Positions 29,301-39,020 of a stretch of DNA of 64,000 nt are shown here, in pieces. Both the position numbers and the translations under genes were made by a program. The first letter of the stretch is position 1, and every line of letters starts with the position of its first letter. This DNA comes from Candidatus Latescibacterota bacterium (GTDB taxonomy: Bacteria; Latescibacterota; UBA2968). The stretch is from assembly GCA_965116885.1 (NCBI GenBank), contig OZ220741.1, positions 1,632,001-1,696,000 on the forward strand, written 5' to 3'. The notes below the pieces were generated by a model. That model saw only the letters and a list, made by a program, of their open reading frames with translations, did no database searches and was not told where the DNA came from.

Positions 29301-31128
29301 TGAGTATTTCCAATTCCCGCCGCGCCAGTTGCGCGACTTGCGGGTCACCTCGCCAGAGTTCTATAAAGCGCGTGTACGCCTGTATGGCTGCGGTTTTTTC
29401 GCCGTTGTCACGATGGGCTTTTCCCAGGTTGAAATACGCTTCAGCCCAATTTGGACGCAATGCAATGGCGCGGGCATAAGCGGTAGTGGCATGTGCGGGA
29501 TGGCCCAATTTTTCGCGGACCACGCCCAGGTTGTAGAAAATTTCTGCGTTGGTCGGGTCGAGTATAGCTGCTCGTTCAAAGGCCGAATGCGCGTCGGTTA
29601 TTTGTCCGGCCTGCATTGCTGCGAGTCCTTTGTTCATGTAGGCTTCGATGTAATCCGGTTCTATTTCTACTGCTTTTTGATACGCGGCTGTCGCGTTCTT
29701 AAAACGGGCTGTTGCGGCATAGAGATTTCCCAGGTTGTTATAGGTCAGGGCGCTTTTTTGCACTGATAGAGCATTTCTATAAGCTGTTTCGGCTTCGGAC
29801 ATCCTGCCGCGTTCGGATAGAGCGTCGCCCAGGGCGTGTTGCATTTTCGCGCTTTTGGGATACGCTGTTACTGCACTTTGATAAAGTGTTAAGTCGTCTC
29901 GCCATTCGGTGTTTCGGATAATGGTTCGGGTGCTATAGGCCACGAGGATGAGGGCGGCGAGGGCAAGGGTGCCCGTTTTTTGATGTTTTTCAAGGTGTTC
30001 AAATCCCAAACCGCACAGCGTGAATAAACCCAGGACTGGGATGTATAGAAATCGCTCTTGAAAGATGGCGTTGATCAATACGAGCGTTTGCGATACGGCT
30101 GAATAGGGTACAAAGAATAATGATAGAGCAAAAAATACGCAGGGCCAGCGCCAGCGAAAAGCACCTACCCATAATAGAAGACTTGCGATGCCGAGGATTA
30201 TGCCCGCTATTGCTTCGGGCGCGAGTATGGAGGTGGTGACGGGTATGGCATTGTAAGAGTAATCTACGGAAAGTTTGATGGGTAACAAAACGAGAACGAA
30301 ATATTTCCAGAGTAGTCCGACGGCTGTCAAGAGTCTGTAGTCGAGGGGTTGGTCTATGAGTGGGTTGTTGAGGACGAGTATATTTTCGGCTGAGAATCCC
30401 AGGCCGGCAGCGACTTTTCGCATGGTTAGATAGATGGCAAAAACCCCGATGAATCCGACCCAGCGCGCGCCGCGTTGCCACAGGAGATTGCGTATTCCTT
30501 TTGGGCGGGACAGGGCAAAGGTCAGATCGACGGCGATGACCAGTCCCAGTACGGTCAGTGCGCTTTCTTTGGAAAGCAAGGCGAGAAAGAACCCCGCGAG
30601 GGCTAACCCGTAATACTTTTCCGCGCTCCGGTTATGCCAGCAGATGTACAGGAACAGGGCGGATAGAGAAAACAGGCCGGCCAATAAATCTGCACGCCCA
30701 AATGTGATGCCGGCAACGACTTCGGCATGGATGGGATGTACGGCAAAGAGCAATCCGGCCAGGATCGCGCCCCGTTTTAGTCCCAGACTCAGGCAGAGGA
30801 GATAGGCGAGGAGGCTGTTAACCACGTGCAGGATTACGTTGGTGAGGTGAAATCGGAAGGGCCATATCCCTCCCAGGCCATCCAGCATAAAAGACAGGAC
30901 CGTCAGGGGGCGATATTGCCCGTTGACGTTGGCTTCACCCTCGTATCCGCCCCAGTAATGCGTGGTTAAAATGCCCCATACATCGGCTTCGCGAAGCAAT
31001 CGGTTGCGTTCGATCAGAAAGTGATCGTCATAGACCAATCCGTTGCCCAGGCTGTTTGCGAATACCAGAAAGGCCGCCAACCCCACCGCGATGAGAGGAT
31101 AGGTTTTTCCGCGTTGTTTTATAGGCAT
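29278..31128 (-). CDS. TMTC-like GT-C membrane glycosyltransferase with C-terminal TPRs
   Basis: VYDDH, YRPLT, FHLTNVILH, LFAVHPIHAEVV..GRADLL, LSKES, LSVDYS (DUF1736), ERFLYIP, RNTEW, TPRs. Confidence 0.85.
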   Translation of the reverse strand: MPIKQRGKTYPLIAVGLAAFLVFANSLGNGLVYDDHFLIERNRLLREADVWGILTTHYWGGYEGEANVNGQYRPLTVLSFMLDGLGGIWPFRFHLTNVILHVVNSLLAYLLCLSLGLKRGAILAGLLFAVHPIHAEVVAGITFGRADLLAGLFSLSALFLYICWHNRSAEKYYGLALAGFFLALLSKESALTVLGLVIAVDLTFALSRPKGIRNLLWQRGARWVGFIGVFAIYLTMRKVAAGLGFSAENILVLNNPLIDQPLDYRLLTAVGLLWKYFVLVLLPIKLSVDYSYNAIPVTTSILAPEAIAGIILGIASLLLWVGAFRWRWPCVFFALSLFFVPYSAVSQTLVLINAIFQERFLYIPVLGLFTLCGLGFEHLEKHQKTGTLALAALILVAYSTRTIIRNTEWRDDLTLYQSAVTAYPKSAKMQHALGDALSERGRMSEAETAYRNALSVQKSALTYNNLGNLYAATARFKNATAAYQKAVEIEPDYIEAYMNKGLAAMQAGQITDAHSAFERAAILDPTNAEIFYNLGVVREKLGHPAHATTAYARAIALRPNWAEAYFNLGKAHRDNGEKTAAIQAYTRFIELWRGDPQVAQLARRELEILNEKSPSR

Positions 31129-31147
31129 TTTTTACACAGAATACAAA

Positions 31148-31182
31148 GGGCGATTGCCAGGGTGCAACCCCGGCAGTCGCCC
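31148..31182 (-). terminator. Probable terminator after the PorV-family gene
   Basis: GGGCGATTGCC / GGCAGTCGCCC stem followed by TTTGTATT on the minus strand. Confidence 0.55.
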
Positions 31183-31230
31183 GAAAAATGTACAAACTAT
31201 GGTCATCGCAGAAACTGCGATAGCCGTTTG

Positions 31231-32229
31231 TTAGAACGTGCCGCCTATTGATATGCGCAACGGCGAGTCAAATAGCGCTACGCCGTCAATATCCTTCAGC
31301 AGCGAATAGGACACATCTATGGCGAATGTGCGCCCACCCACTGTCTGCTTGACGCCAGCGCCAAGGGCAAAGGACTCGAGGTCGTAATTCCACTTATAGC
31401 CCGCGCGCACAGCTACCATATTCTGGACCCAGAGTTCGGCTCCAAAGTGATAGCGTTGCTCGAAATCTACGGGGAATACGCTCTCGGCTGCCAATGTCAA
31501 ATAGGTCGGATCGCCTTTTTCGCCATAGACTTCGGCGGCCAGGCCCATGTTGTAGGTCAGGGGCATCAGGTAGGAGAATGCCTCTTCCTTGGATTTCTGG
31601 TCTGGGCCGAAGTTCTTGAACGACATGGCTACGCGCAGGCTTCTAAACCCGGTGTAGAAATGGCTGCCCAGGTCTATGGTAAATGTGCTGGTTTTTTGCG
31701 TGTAGAGTTTTTCCTGCACATAGTTGGCTTTGGCACTGAACGAGAATTTGTCCGTGAATTTTATGGCGTAGAGCAAGCCCACCGCCATGTAGTTCACATC
31801 GACAAACTGACCCGTCCCACTCGGCTGGAAGATGGTGGTTTCTTCGATGGGTTCAACCTGCTGTGTAATCAGGCTGATACCCAGAACTTCACCCCGAGAC
31901 GAGTGGGTGTTGAAGACGGCTGCCGCCGAATACAGTTCTGTGCCTGCCAGCCATTTGGTGTAGTTGGCCTGATAGGCAAATTTTTCCACATGGGTTAGCC
32001 CGGCGCCGTTCCAGAAGATGGCGTTGATATCATCGGCAATTGCCGTGTATGAATCGCCCATCCCCACGGCACGCGCACCCTGTCCGATTTTCAAAAACTG
32101 CATGCCTGCAATGTTGACTTTTTTAACACCTTCGATCGCGGTTACGCCTTCCCATTCAAGCCCCAGAGCGGGACTGGCGATCAGCAGCAGGCTCAGGAAC
32201 GCTGTAAGTATGAGATTTTTTCGTTTCAC
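31231..32229 (-). CDS. PorV/PorQ-family outer-membrane protein (T9SS shuttle-like)
   Basis: FLKIGQGARAVGMGDSYTAIADDINAIFWNGAGL signature, beta-barrel pattern, terminal F. Confidence 0.85.
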   Translation of the reverse strand: MKRKNLILTAFLSLLLIASPALGLEWEGVTAIEGVKKVNIAGMQFLKIGQGARAVGMGDSYTAIADDINAIFWNGAGLTHVEKFAYQANYTKWLAGTELYSAAAVFNTHSSRGEVLGISLITQQVEPIEETTIFQPSGTGQFVDVNYMAVGLLYAIKFTDKFSFSAKANYVQEKLYTQKTSTFTIDLGSHFYTGFRSLRVAMSFKNFGPDQKSKEEAFSYLMPLTYNMGLAAEVYGEKGDPTYLTLAAESVFPVDFEQRYHFGAELWVQNMVAVRAGYKWNYDLESFALGAGVKQTVGGRTFAIDVSYSLLKDIDGVALFDSPLRISIGGTF

Positions 32230-32247
32230 AATGAATACCTCCTCCGG

Positions 32248-34668
32248 CTACTTGATCACTACAAAAGTACCGCGCTGAATCTTGTTTTCGCTGCCCGGGG
32301 TTTCGGATACGACGACGAAGTAGTACAGTCCGGTCTGGATTTCGCCAGCCAGATTATACGTCACCTGCCGAAACTGGGCTTCGCCCCGGTCTGGATTATC
32401 GTGCGTGATGGTATAGACCCTGTCGCCAGAAGCCGAAAAGATGTGGATTTTGCACTTTTGGGGAATCCCCACAAAGCGCAGATTTCGGCTTCTGGGATAG
32501 TTATGCTTGTCATCCACAAAATAGGGATTTGGCACCACTGTCACCTTTCGGTCGAGCTGATCGGTTTCGGTGGTGGTCGGTTGGAAGGGTCGTCTGTCAT
32601 CGGCGTCGTAGGTGCGCGCAGTGGCAGGTCCCCAACCGCTCTCGTATCCACCCGTGGCATTGGCACGCGCCCTGCCCGTGGGCAGATCTCCTATTGCCAT
32701 TCCGCCACCCATCCAGTTGCTATATCCGCTGTTGTAGGGTCTCACCGAGTAGTGGTATGCAAACCCGGCGGCGGTATCCTGATCTTCATACGTGTATTTC
32801 CCGCCAGCGAGCGACCACTGGCCGTTGAGGCTGGATCCACTTTGCCCTTTTAGCACGGTGTCGTGCAATTTCCAGGGACCCCATCCGAACCAGGTGGAGC
32901 GATAGACGCGGTAGCCCGCGATGTCCTGTTGCCCGGTGTAGGGATTTACTGCCCGGTCAGAAGCGTCTGTCCATGAAATCTGTTGCCGGGCAAATCCACT
33001 GGAAGTCAGATCATCGGGACCGATAAATGCGTTCGTCGGTGCCGGTGGATGGTGGAAATTGGAATCGTAAATAAAGTGCGCAAGTTGTAAATTCTCAAAT
33101 GCCGCTTGTTCGCCCAGGGTTTTGAATTCCTGGATCTTTGTTTCTACCGACACATCCGAACGGTCCCAGGTCAGGATATCCTGGTTCTTTATCTGAGCCG
33201 GGTGACCGGCGACATAAGCCATCACGATCTTGGCGCTTTCGCCCGCCCGAAGCGTGTACGGACCATAGACTTGCGAGAAAATGTAAAATTTTCGGTCATC
33301 TACGTTGTTCTCGTTCGGGTTGTCTTTGGTTCCCCCTTTTAGCATGTCACCAAACATCTGGGACTCGGTGTCTTTTTCCGTATAGGGATCGTCAAAGTCG
33401 TCTTTGGATCGCGCCTGCCACCACTGCGCCGAGAAGGGCTGGTCGCCCTGTGGCTGGACGTATTTGCCCATGTCCCGGGTGTTAAAGGCGTGTAGCCCCG
33501 GTGCATCGGTAAACGCGATGGGTGCCATCACGATGTGTTGTGGTGCTCGAAGCTGGCCTTCGGTTGCATCAATCGCATCCGAATCGGTATGGCCCAGTCG
33601 TTTGAAATACGGGTCGCCCGTGTCGTCGTATGGAGACAATGGGTTGTCGGAATCGCGGAAAATGCTCGCCTTATACCCGGGGTCAAACGCACCTGTGTAG
33701 TTGCTCGCATCGGAATAAAAATAGATATCATCCACACCGCGACCACCCGACGTCACATAACCATCCCAACCAAAGGCTTGCAGAACGCCCATTGCTGCGG
33801 ATACCCAGGAATTTACAAACGAAAAATAGATATCGTGCTGGGTAGGCGTGCCGCCGGGATTGTCTTCTTGTCCATCCCCGTCGAAATCACCCGTATTGGT
33901 GAAGGTCAGATCGACGAGATAAAAATCGTCGAAGTCCGGATGGCTCCAATTATAGACCCGCCGCGTTACCTGAATGCCCTGCTTGATGTGTACCCAGCGG
34001 GTGATGATGGTCTCTTCGGGGAGCGACAGATCGATGATATACCCGTGGAGATTGTAGTTTGCGATTACGAGAGGAACAGACGAAGACGGATCCAGGTCTT
34101 TCGAAAAATAATACCCGGGGTCCGCTGTTGTTATACCTGGCCAGTAATTGGACAACCACGGCAAGTCTTCGCCACCGCTCCAACTGGCAATGGCGGTTCC
34201 GGTGCTTTCAGACACTGGCACAGGCTGCACGCCCCAGTGTTCTTCTTCGTTGCCTCTGGGATCATAGGGCAATGGACGAATAAAATCCTTGATCCACGGG
34301 GAGGCCCTCGGTCCGGTCAAGCTGATTTGCCCGTCGGACGTCATGATCCACAAGCCATCGCCCATCGAGGTTTTGTAGTCGTTGTACACCTGGGATTTTG
34401 GACCGCTTGTAAATTGCGACAACACTTGTCCGAAAGAACCCGGCCCCACGCCATTGTGGGGATAGGCGTTTCGGTCGCCGCCGCGGTTGATCTCGGGATT
34501 GCCTCCCTGGATACCCATGTTGTTCCAGGAATTGGAGATCAATGCCCTGGTGTTTTCCCTGAAAGGGACTGTGTTCGGGTCGAATTGCGCTGTGGCATCG
34601 GTAGCTATAATAGCTCCTACCGCTGCGCATATTGCGACCCATCCTGTAAAAATTTTAAATCGCGTCAT
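32248..34668 (-). CDS. Secreted protein with T9SS type-A-like C-terminal sorting domain
   Basis: Signal peptide; FN3-like AGYRVYRS...YEDQD..AGFAYHYSV; C-terminus VVPNPY...IHIFSASGDRV...GLYYFVV...GTFVVIK. Confidence 0.8.
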   Translation of the reverse strand: MTRFKIFTGWVAICAAVGAIIATDATAQFDPNTVPFRENTRALISNSWNNMGIQGGNPEINRGGDRNAYPHNGVGPGSFGQVLSQFTSGPKSQVYNDYKTSMGDGLWIMTSDGQISLTGPRASPWIKDFIRPLPYDPRGNEEEHWGVQPVPVSESTGTAIASWSGGEDLPWLSNYWPGITTADPGYYFSKDLDPSSSVPLVIANYNLHGYIIDLSLPEETIITRWVHIKQGIQVTRRVYNWSHPDFDDFYLVDLTFTNTGDFDGDGQEDNPGGTPTQHDIYFSFVNSWVSAAMGVLQAFGWDGYVTSGGRGVDDIYFYSDASNYTGAFDPGYKASIFRDSDNPLSPYDDTGDPYFKRLGHTDSDAIDATEGQLRAPQHIVMAPIAFTDAPGLHAFNTRDMGKYVQPQGDQPFSAQWWQARSKDDFDDPYTEKDTESQMFGDMLKGGTKDNPNENNVDDRKFYIFSQVYGPYTLRAGESAKIVMAYVAGHPAQIKNQDILTWDRSDVSVETKIQEFKTLGEQAAFENLQLAHFIYDSNFHHPPAPTNAFIGPDDLTSSGFARQQISWTDASDRAVNPYTGQQDIAGYRVYRSTWFGWGPWKLHDTVLKGQSGSSLNGQWSLAGGKYTYEDQDTAAGFAYHYSVRPYNSGYSNWMGGGMAIGDLPTGRARANATGGYESGWGPATARTYDADDRRPFQPTTTETDQLDRKVTVVPNPYFVDDKHNYPRSRNLRFVGIPQKCKIHIFSASGDRVYTITHDNPDRGEAQFRQVTYNLAGEIQTGLYYFVVVSETPGSENKIQRGTFVVIK

Positions 34669-34740
34669 AGTATTCCTCGCCCTCCTTCAATGGGTTTCGG
34701 AAAGGGTATGCGAGTGGGCACGACCCACTCGCACAACCCG

Positions 34741-37700
34741 CTACCAGTTAAATCGCACGCCTACCTGGGTCAGCCTGGGTGTGCTCGCATAAGAGCGATC
34801 GCGCACATCGCCGTATTGCAGGTAGGTGCTGTCGGTCGGCCGGGGTCCGTCAACCCCGTAGTAGGTATAGTCATTCCTGTTGGTCGGGCTTGTCCGGTCT
34901 TTCTGATTGAACAGATTGCGTATATCCAGGAAGACCGAGGTCTGAACCCGGGACGTCATAGCAAAGGTCCTTTCCAGTGCCAGGTCTGTTCGAGAGTCCA
35001 TAGCCAGTTCGCGGTAGGGCCGCACGCCACCTTCTGGCGGGGCATAGCGGAACAATCCTCCCGTTTCGACCCGCGTGACCAGGTTGATGCGCATATTGCG
35101 CAATACCTTGCTGACGATGGCACCGCCCCGTTCGTAATCGGCAGGGAAAGATGCCAGCATTGAGGCACTGCCAAATTGCCGTCGATCTCCCGCACGAGGT
35201 TTCAGGAATAGCTGCGTATAACCGCCGGTGAGCAGGTAAACGCCTTTATCCTCGGGTACGCCCTCAGCGGGGCGCATGCCATCCCATTCGCCCGTACCCA
35301 GAATTCTGCCATAATACAGGGCATCACCATTCGATTCGAAGCGATTACCTGCTCGAACAGCGTATAGATCGATGTCTTCCTGCGACATCATTCTGGGGAT
35401 TTCGCTACCCGAAGAATGGCTGTCCCACTCCACCCACACATCGGGAACCGGCACGCCCAGCTCGGGATGCGTATAGGCAATATTAACAGCACCTTTTCTT
35501 ATGCCTTGTTCATCCATATAGGCTCTGCGTATCACATTGCCTCGCTTGCCCGTGGTGAATGACGCCCACTGGTAGTTGTAGGACAAATTGAATGAGAAAT
35601 TGTGGCTGAACCGCTTGCGCAATGCGAGTTCCACGCCCCGCGTATCCCCATAAGCACCGTTGTCCAGCGTGCGGGAATATCTCAGATGGCTGACGCGAGG
35701 TCCCCGCCAGTCTTCATTGGGATACCAGGTGAATTGCTCGACCTCGGAGCGATAATAAGCGGTTAGTGCTACGGTATAGTCCGAAACAAAGTTCCAGTCT
35801 GCACCCACTTCAAATGCCGTAGTTTTGGCGGGGCGCAACAGGTGCGTGCCATTTCGGCCGCTATAAGTGGTTTCGAGATTGTTGTAGCGTTCTGTATCGT
35901 CAATGCGGCCGTTGCCGTTGATATCTCTGTCTTCGGACTTGCCAGCTACCCAGAAGTCTTCGCCAAAGTAGAACCACAGATCGGCCCACTGCAGGTAAAC
36001 ACCTGACGAGAAGCGGAACTGCGCCCGTTCGGTGATGGGATGCGAAATCCCGATTCGGGGGCTAAACACCACGTGCCAGGGGGCTTGTGTTGACCATATT
36101 GACCCCTCATTATAGGCGTAATCTCGCGCCCGAGTATAGGTGCGAAGCATCTCGGAACCACGGAACCCGCCGTGCGTGATCCTGCGGGCATTGGGATTGA
36201 AGGCATCCATGCGCAATCCCAGGTTCACGATCATGCCTTCAAATTCCATCTTGTCCTGCACATAAGTATTGATGGAATACGGCTTGACGCCCTCGCCAAG
36301 TTGTCCCTCATCTGCTACAAACATCAGGTGTCGATCCGCAGGACTGGAATTGGCGATGATGGTCATCGCGATGTCCCGGCGCATAAATTCAATACCGCCC
36401 TTGAGCAGGTGGCCCTTTGTCACCTGAGAGGTCAGATCTACTTTAATACCCAGGCGATTGCGGTCGCCCACTTTCCAGCGGGCTGCGACTCGCCCGGTGT
36501 TAAACCAGTTGGCGTCGCCCCTGTTGTTGGCCGATGTTGCCTGATATACGCCGCTGGTATCTGTTAATGAGCGGCTGCGCGACACGCGCACTTCGTAAAA
36601 TGTTTTGGGCGAGAGCGTGTGGGTCACAACCAGATATTGCATTTCTTCGCTTTCTATGCGCCTTCCGGCTGCCGACCAATCTGTGGGCAAAAACAGATCT
36701 CTACCGCCATTGCCCAGGCCCCGATGCACGCCCGGAACCGAATCTGCAGTGCGGATCCAGGGATCGGCAACCCCGTCAGACCAGTATTCCCATCCCTGGT
36801 AAAGCCCGCCCAGCTTGAGCTTCAGATTTGGGCTTGGCCTGAAGGTGAAGCTGCCGGAGAGCGTCAGGTTGTCCGGTCCTGTGGGGATAAATTTGTTGAC
36901 GTCGTTATAAAATCCGGTCTGTTTGGATCCCGGATAGCGATTGGCCAGGCGGCCGTGTTTTGCCGTGGCGACAAAGGAGACATTGGTGCCAATGGGACCC
37001 GAGAGATTTGCCTCTGCATCCCAACCGCTGACTTCTGTGTAGTCTTCCCGGATATGCAGGGGTTCGCCAGCCAAATCTGTTAGCGTCATGTTGTTCAAAC
37101 CCAAATCGGGCCTGCGTTCCGTCAGCCAGTCGGGGTTGTCCCACTGCATTTTGTCCTGATGTTGGGGGGCGTCATAGACATTCATACCCCAGTGTTTTTT
37201 CCCGGCAGGCTCATAGCGAAATTCGCCCCAGCCATTGTACTGATTGCCACCGTCTTTTGTCACGATTTGTACAACACCGGCCTGTGCATTGCCAAATTCG
37301 GCGGGTGTTACGCCAGTGAGTACTGACAATTCCTGGATCGCTCCGCGGTTCACGGTTCGGAATTGTCCGCCAGCACCTCGACCATCGTTGTAGTTGATCC
37401 GTATGCCATCTACCATATAGGCAACGTCGCTACCCCAGGCTACTTCGCTGGAACTGGCGCCACTGCCACCGCGGCTACCGCGCAAGCGGTTGGCACCATC
37501 TACGGATACACCGGGTTGTAGTTGCAAAATTTCGGATGTGCTGCGCACGATGCTCAAAAGGCGTTCGGTTTCTTCGACAGTTACGGTGTATTTACTCGTG
37601 GTTTTGTCCGGTTCTACGAGTGGACGTTCGGCAACGACGACCAGTTCGCCGAGTTCGACAGCGGCTTCTTTGAGCGTGAAATTCACTGTGACAGTCTGAT

Positions 37701-37989
37701 CGACGATGATCAGGACGTCTTGAACCAGAACGGTCTCATAACCGACGAGCGAGCCGGTAAGGGTGACGCGCCCCGGGTCTGCCTGGATAATTGCGTAGTA
37801 TCCATCGGCATCGGTGACAGCGCCGCGCTGGGTGCCTCTAATGACGACGTTGGCGCCCGGCAGTGGCTGCCCGTTGGCATCTTTAACGACCCCGTTGACC
37901 TTACCCGTGCTGCCCGCCCACAGGTCGCCGGTTCCCGCAAATAGGAAACCGACGGCTATCAAACTGAAAAACAACAGTCTGTGCTTCAT
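34741..37989 (-). CDS. TonB-dependent receptor with N-terminal carboxypeptidase-regulatory-like domain
   Basis: GKVNGVVKDANGQPLPGANVVI, LQPGV, YMVDG, AEFGNAQAGVVQIVTKDG, FSPRIGISHPI, IRNLFN, terminal W. Confidence 0.92.
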   Translation of the reverse strand: MKHRLLFFSLIAVGFLFAGTGDLWAGSTGKVNGVVKDANGQPLPGANVVIRGTQRGAVTDADGYYAIIQADPGRVTLTGSLVGYETVLVQDVLIIVDQTVTVNFTLKEAAVELGELVVVAERPLVEPDKTTSKYTVTVEETERLLSIVRSTSEILQLQPGVSVDGANRLRGSRGGSGASSSEVAWGSDVAYMVDGIRINYNDGRGAGGQFRTVNRGAIQELSVLTGVTPAEFGNAQAGVVQIVTKDGGNQYNGWGEFRYEPAGKKHWGMNVYDAPQHQDKMQWDNPDWLTERRPDLGLNNMTLTDLAGEPLHIREDYTEVSGWDAEANLSGPIGTNVSFVATAKHGRLANRYPGSKQTGFYNDVNKFIPTGPDNLTLSGSFTFRPSPNLKLKLGGLYQGWEYWSDGVADPWIRTADSVPGVHRGLGNGGRDLFLPTDWSAAGRRIESEEMQYLVVTHTLSPKTFYEVRVSRSRSLTDTSGVYQATSANNRGDANWFNTGRVAARWKVGDRNRLGIKVDLTSQVTKGHLLKGGIEFMRRDIAMTIIANSSPADRHLMFVADEGQLGEGVKPYSINTYVQDKMEFEGMIVNLGLRMDAFNPNARRITHGGFRGSEMLRTYTRARDYAYNEGSIWSTQAPWHVVFSPRIGISHPITERAQFRFSSGVYLQWADLWFYFGEDFWVAGKSEDRDINGNGRIDDTERYNNLETTYSGRNGTHLLRPAKTTAFEVGADWNFVSDYTVALTAYYRSEVEQFTWYPNEDWRGPRVSHLRYSRTLDNGAYGDTRGVELALRKRFSHNFSFNLSYNYQWASFTTGKRGNVIRRAYMDEQGIRKGAVNIAYTHPELGVPVPDVWVEWDSHSSGSEIPRMMSQEDIDLYAVRAGNRFESNGDALYYGRILGTGEWDGMRPAEGVPEDKGVYLLTGGYTQLFLKPRAGDRRQFGSASMLASFPADYERGGAIVSKVLRNMRINLVTRVETGGLFRYAPPEGGVRPYRELAMDSRTDLALERTFAMTSRVQTSVFLDIRNLFNQKDRTSPTNRNDYTYYGVDGPRPTDSTYLQYGDVRDRSYASTPRLTQVGVRFNW

Positions 37990-38017
37990 AGCACGACCTC
38001 CTTAAAGGGTAAATGGT

Positions 38018-38731
38018 TTAACGCCAGAAATAAAACTTAACTCCGGCACCTATATCGAAAAACATTAACGGACGAGCGCGTTCCAGGTCGTAAAAGAGCA
38101 TGGGTCTCAATTCGCCCACTACGAAATTTAAGCGCCCGCGTACATCCAGGCTGATATTGTCGGTGACAAATGCCTCCATACCCGCACCCGTGGTGAGTGC
38201 AATGGTGGTGCGTTTGTCAACTTGCGGATCCATTACTGTATTTAAGTCTATTGGATCGCTGGTTTGAGCCGGCCATACCAGATTGCTATTTTCGGCGTTA
38301 TAACGAAAAAAGCCACCGCCGAGGGCTATGTAATGGCGATAGTCTTTTGCCCGAAATCCGTGTTGTCGATTTTCCTCACCCACAAAGACGAGCGCGTTTA
38401 CGGCTACGCTGTTGAAGGTCATTGTCGATGAAGCGTTGGGGCTGGTATATTCAAGGCCGTCAATCGGATATACAAATGGTTTGGACGCCAGTTTCCCGTT
38501 GTCGAATTTGGAATAGTGGTATTCCACTTCAACGGTCACGAGGTCGCTGGCTACATAGTTCACGTTTATGCCGTATTTCCCCGTCTGGTCGTAGCGGTCC
38601 CGCAAATTGGACAGGGGGACGTGGTAATTGGCAAATCCACCAAGCCCCCATCCGTTCTGCTGGGCAAACAAATCTCCCGGTACAAGTACCAATAATACGC
38701 CCACCAGGAAAGTAGTCAATGTGCGTATCAT
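38018..38731 (-). CDS. Outer-membrane beta-barrel protein (OmpA/OmpW-like barrel)
   Basis: AAGGAG RBS, signal peptide, alternating beta-strands, ends GVKFYFWR. Confidence 0.75.
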   Translation of the reverse strand: MIRTLTTFLVGVLLVLVPGDLFAQQNGWGLGGFANYHVPLSNLRDRYDQTGKYGINVNYVASDLVTVEVEYHYSKFDNGKLASKPFVYPIDGLEYTSPNASSTMTFNSVAVNALVFVGEENRQHGFRAKDYRHYIALGGGFFRYNAENSNLVWPAQTSDPIDLNTVMDPQVDKRTTIALTTGAGMEAFVTDNISLDVRGRLNFVVGELRPMLFYDLERARPLMFFDIGAGVKFYFWR

Positions 38732-38930
38732 AAACGCTCCTTTCTGCAGCTCAAAACTGCGGTGATGCAATTCTCTGTTATACGCTTGACGAGATACTAC
38801 AATGTGTTGACCCGGATTATTCAGTGCATTGGCCTCACCCCATTTCTTTGTTTAGAAATTTTAATAAAAGGTTAAAGAAAAACTTAATAATACTTAAAAA
38901 AACAACAATTTATACATAGTATTTCAGGTC

Positions 38931-38960
38931 ATGATAGCCCCATTTATATACACATGTCAA
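38931..38960 (-). promoter_or_regulatory. Sigma70-type promoter for the OM barrel/TBDR/cargo/PorV cassette
   Basis: TTGACA-N18-TATCAT on the minus strand in an AT-rich intergenic region. Confidence 0.6.
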
Positions 38961-39020
38961 GCCTTTTTTGATTCGATTGTAATCTTTTGTAAAAAAATTT
39001 TCAAATCCTGTTGCGTGCTA

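Noticed and set aside
33535..35163. 542-aa plus-strand ORF
   Set aside because: Antisense to the T9SS cargo and TBDR genes.
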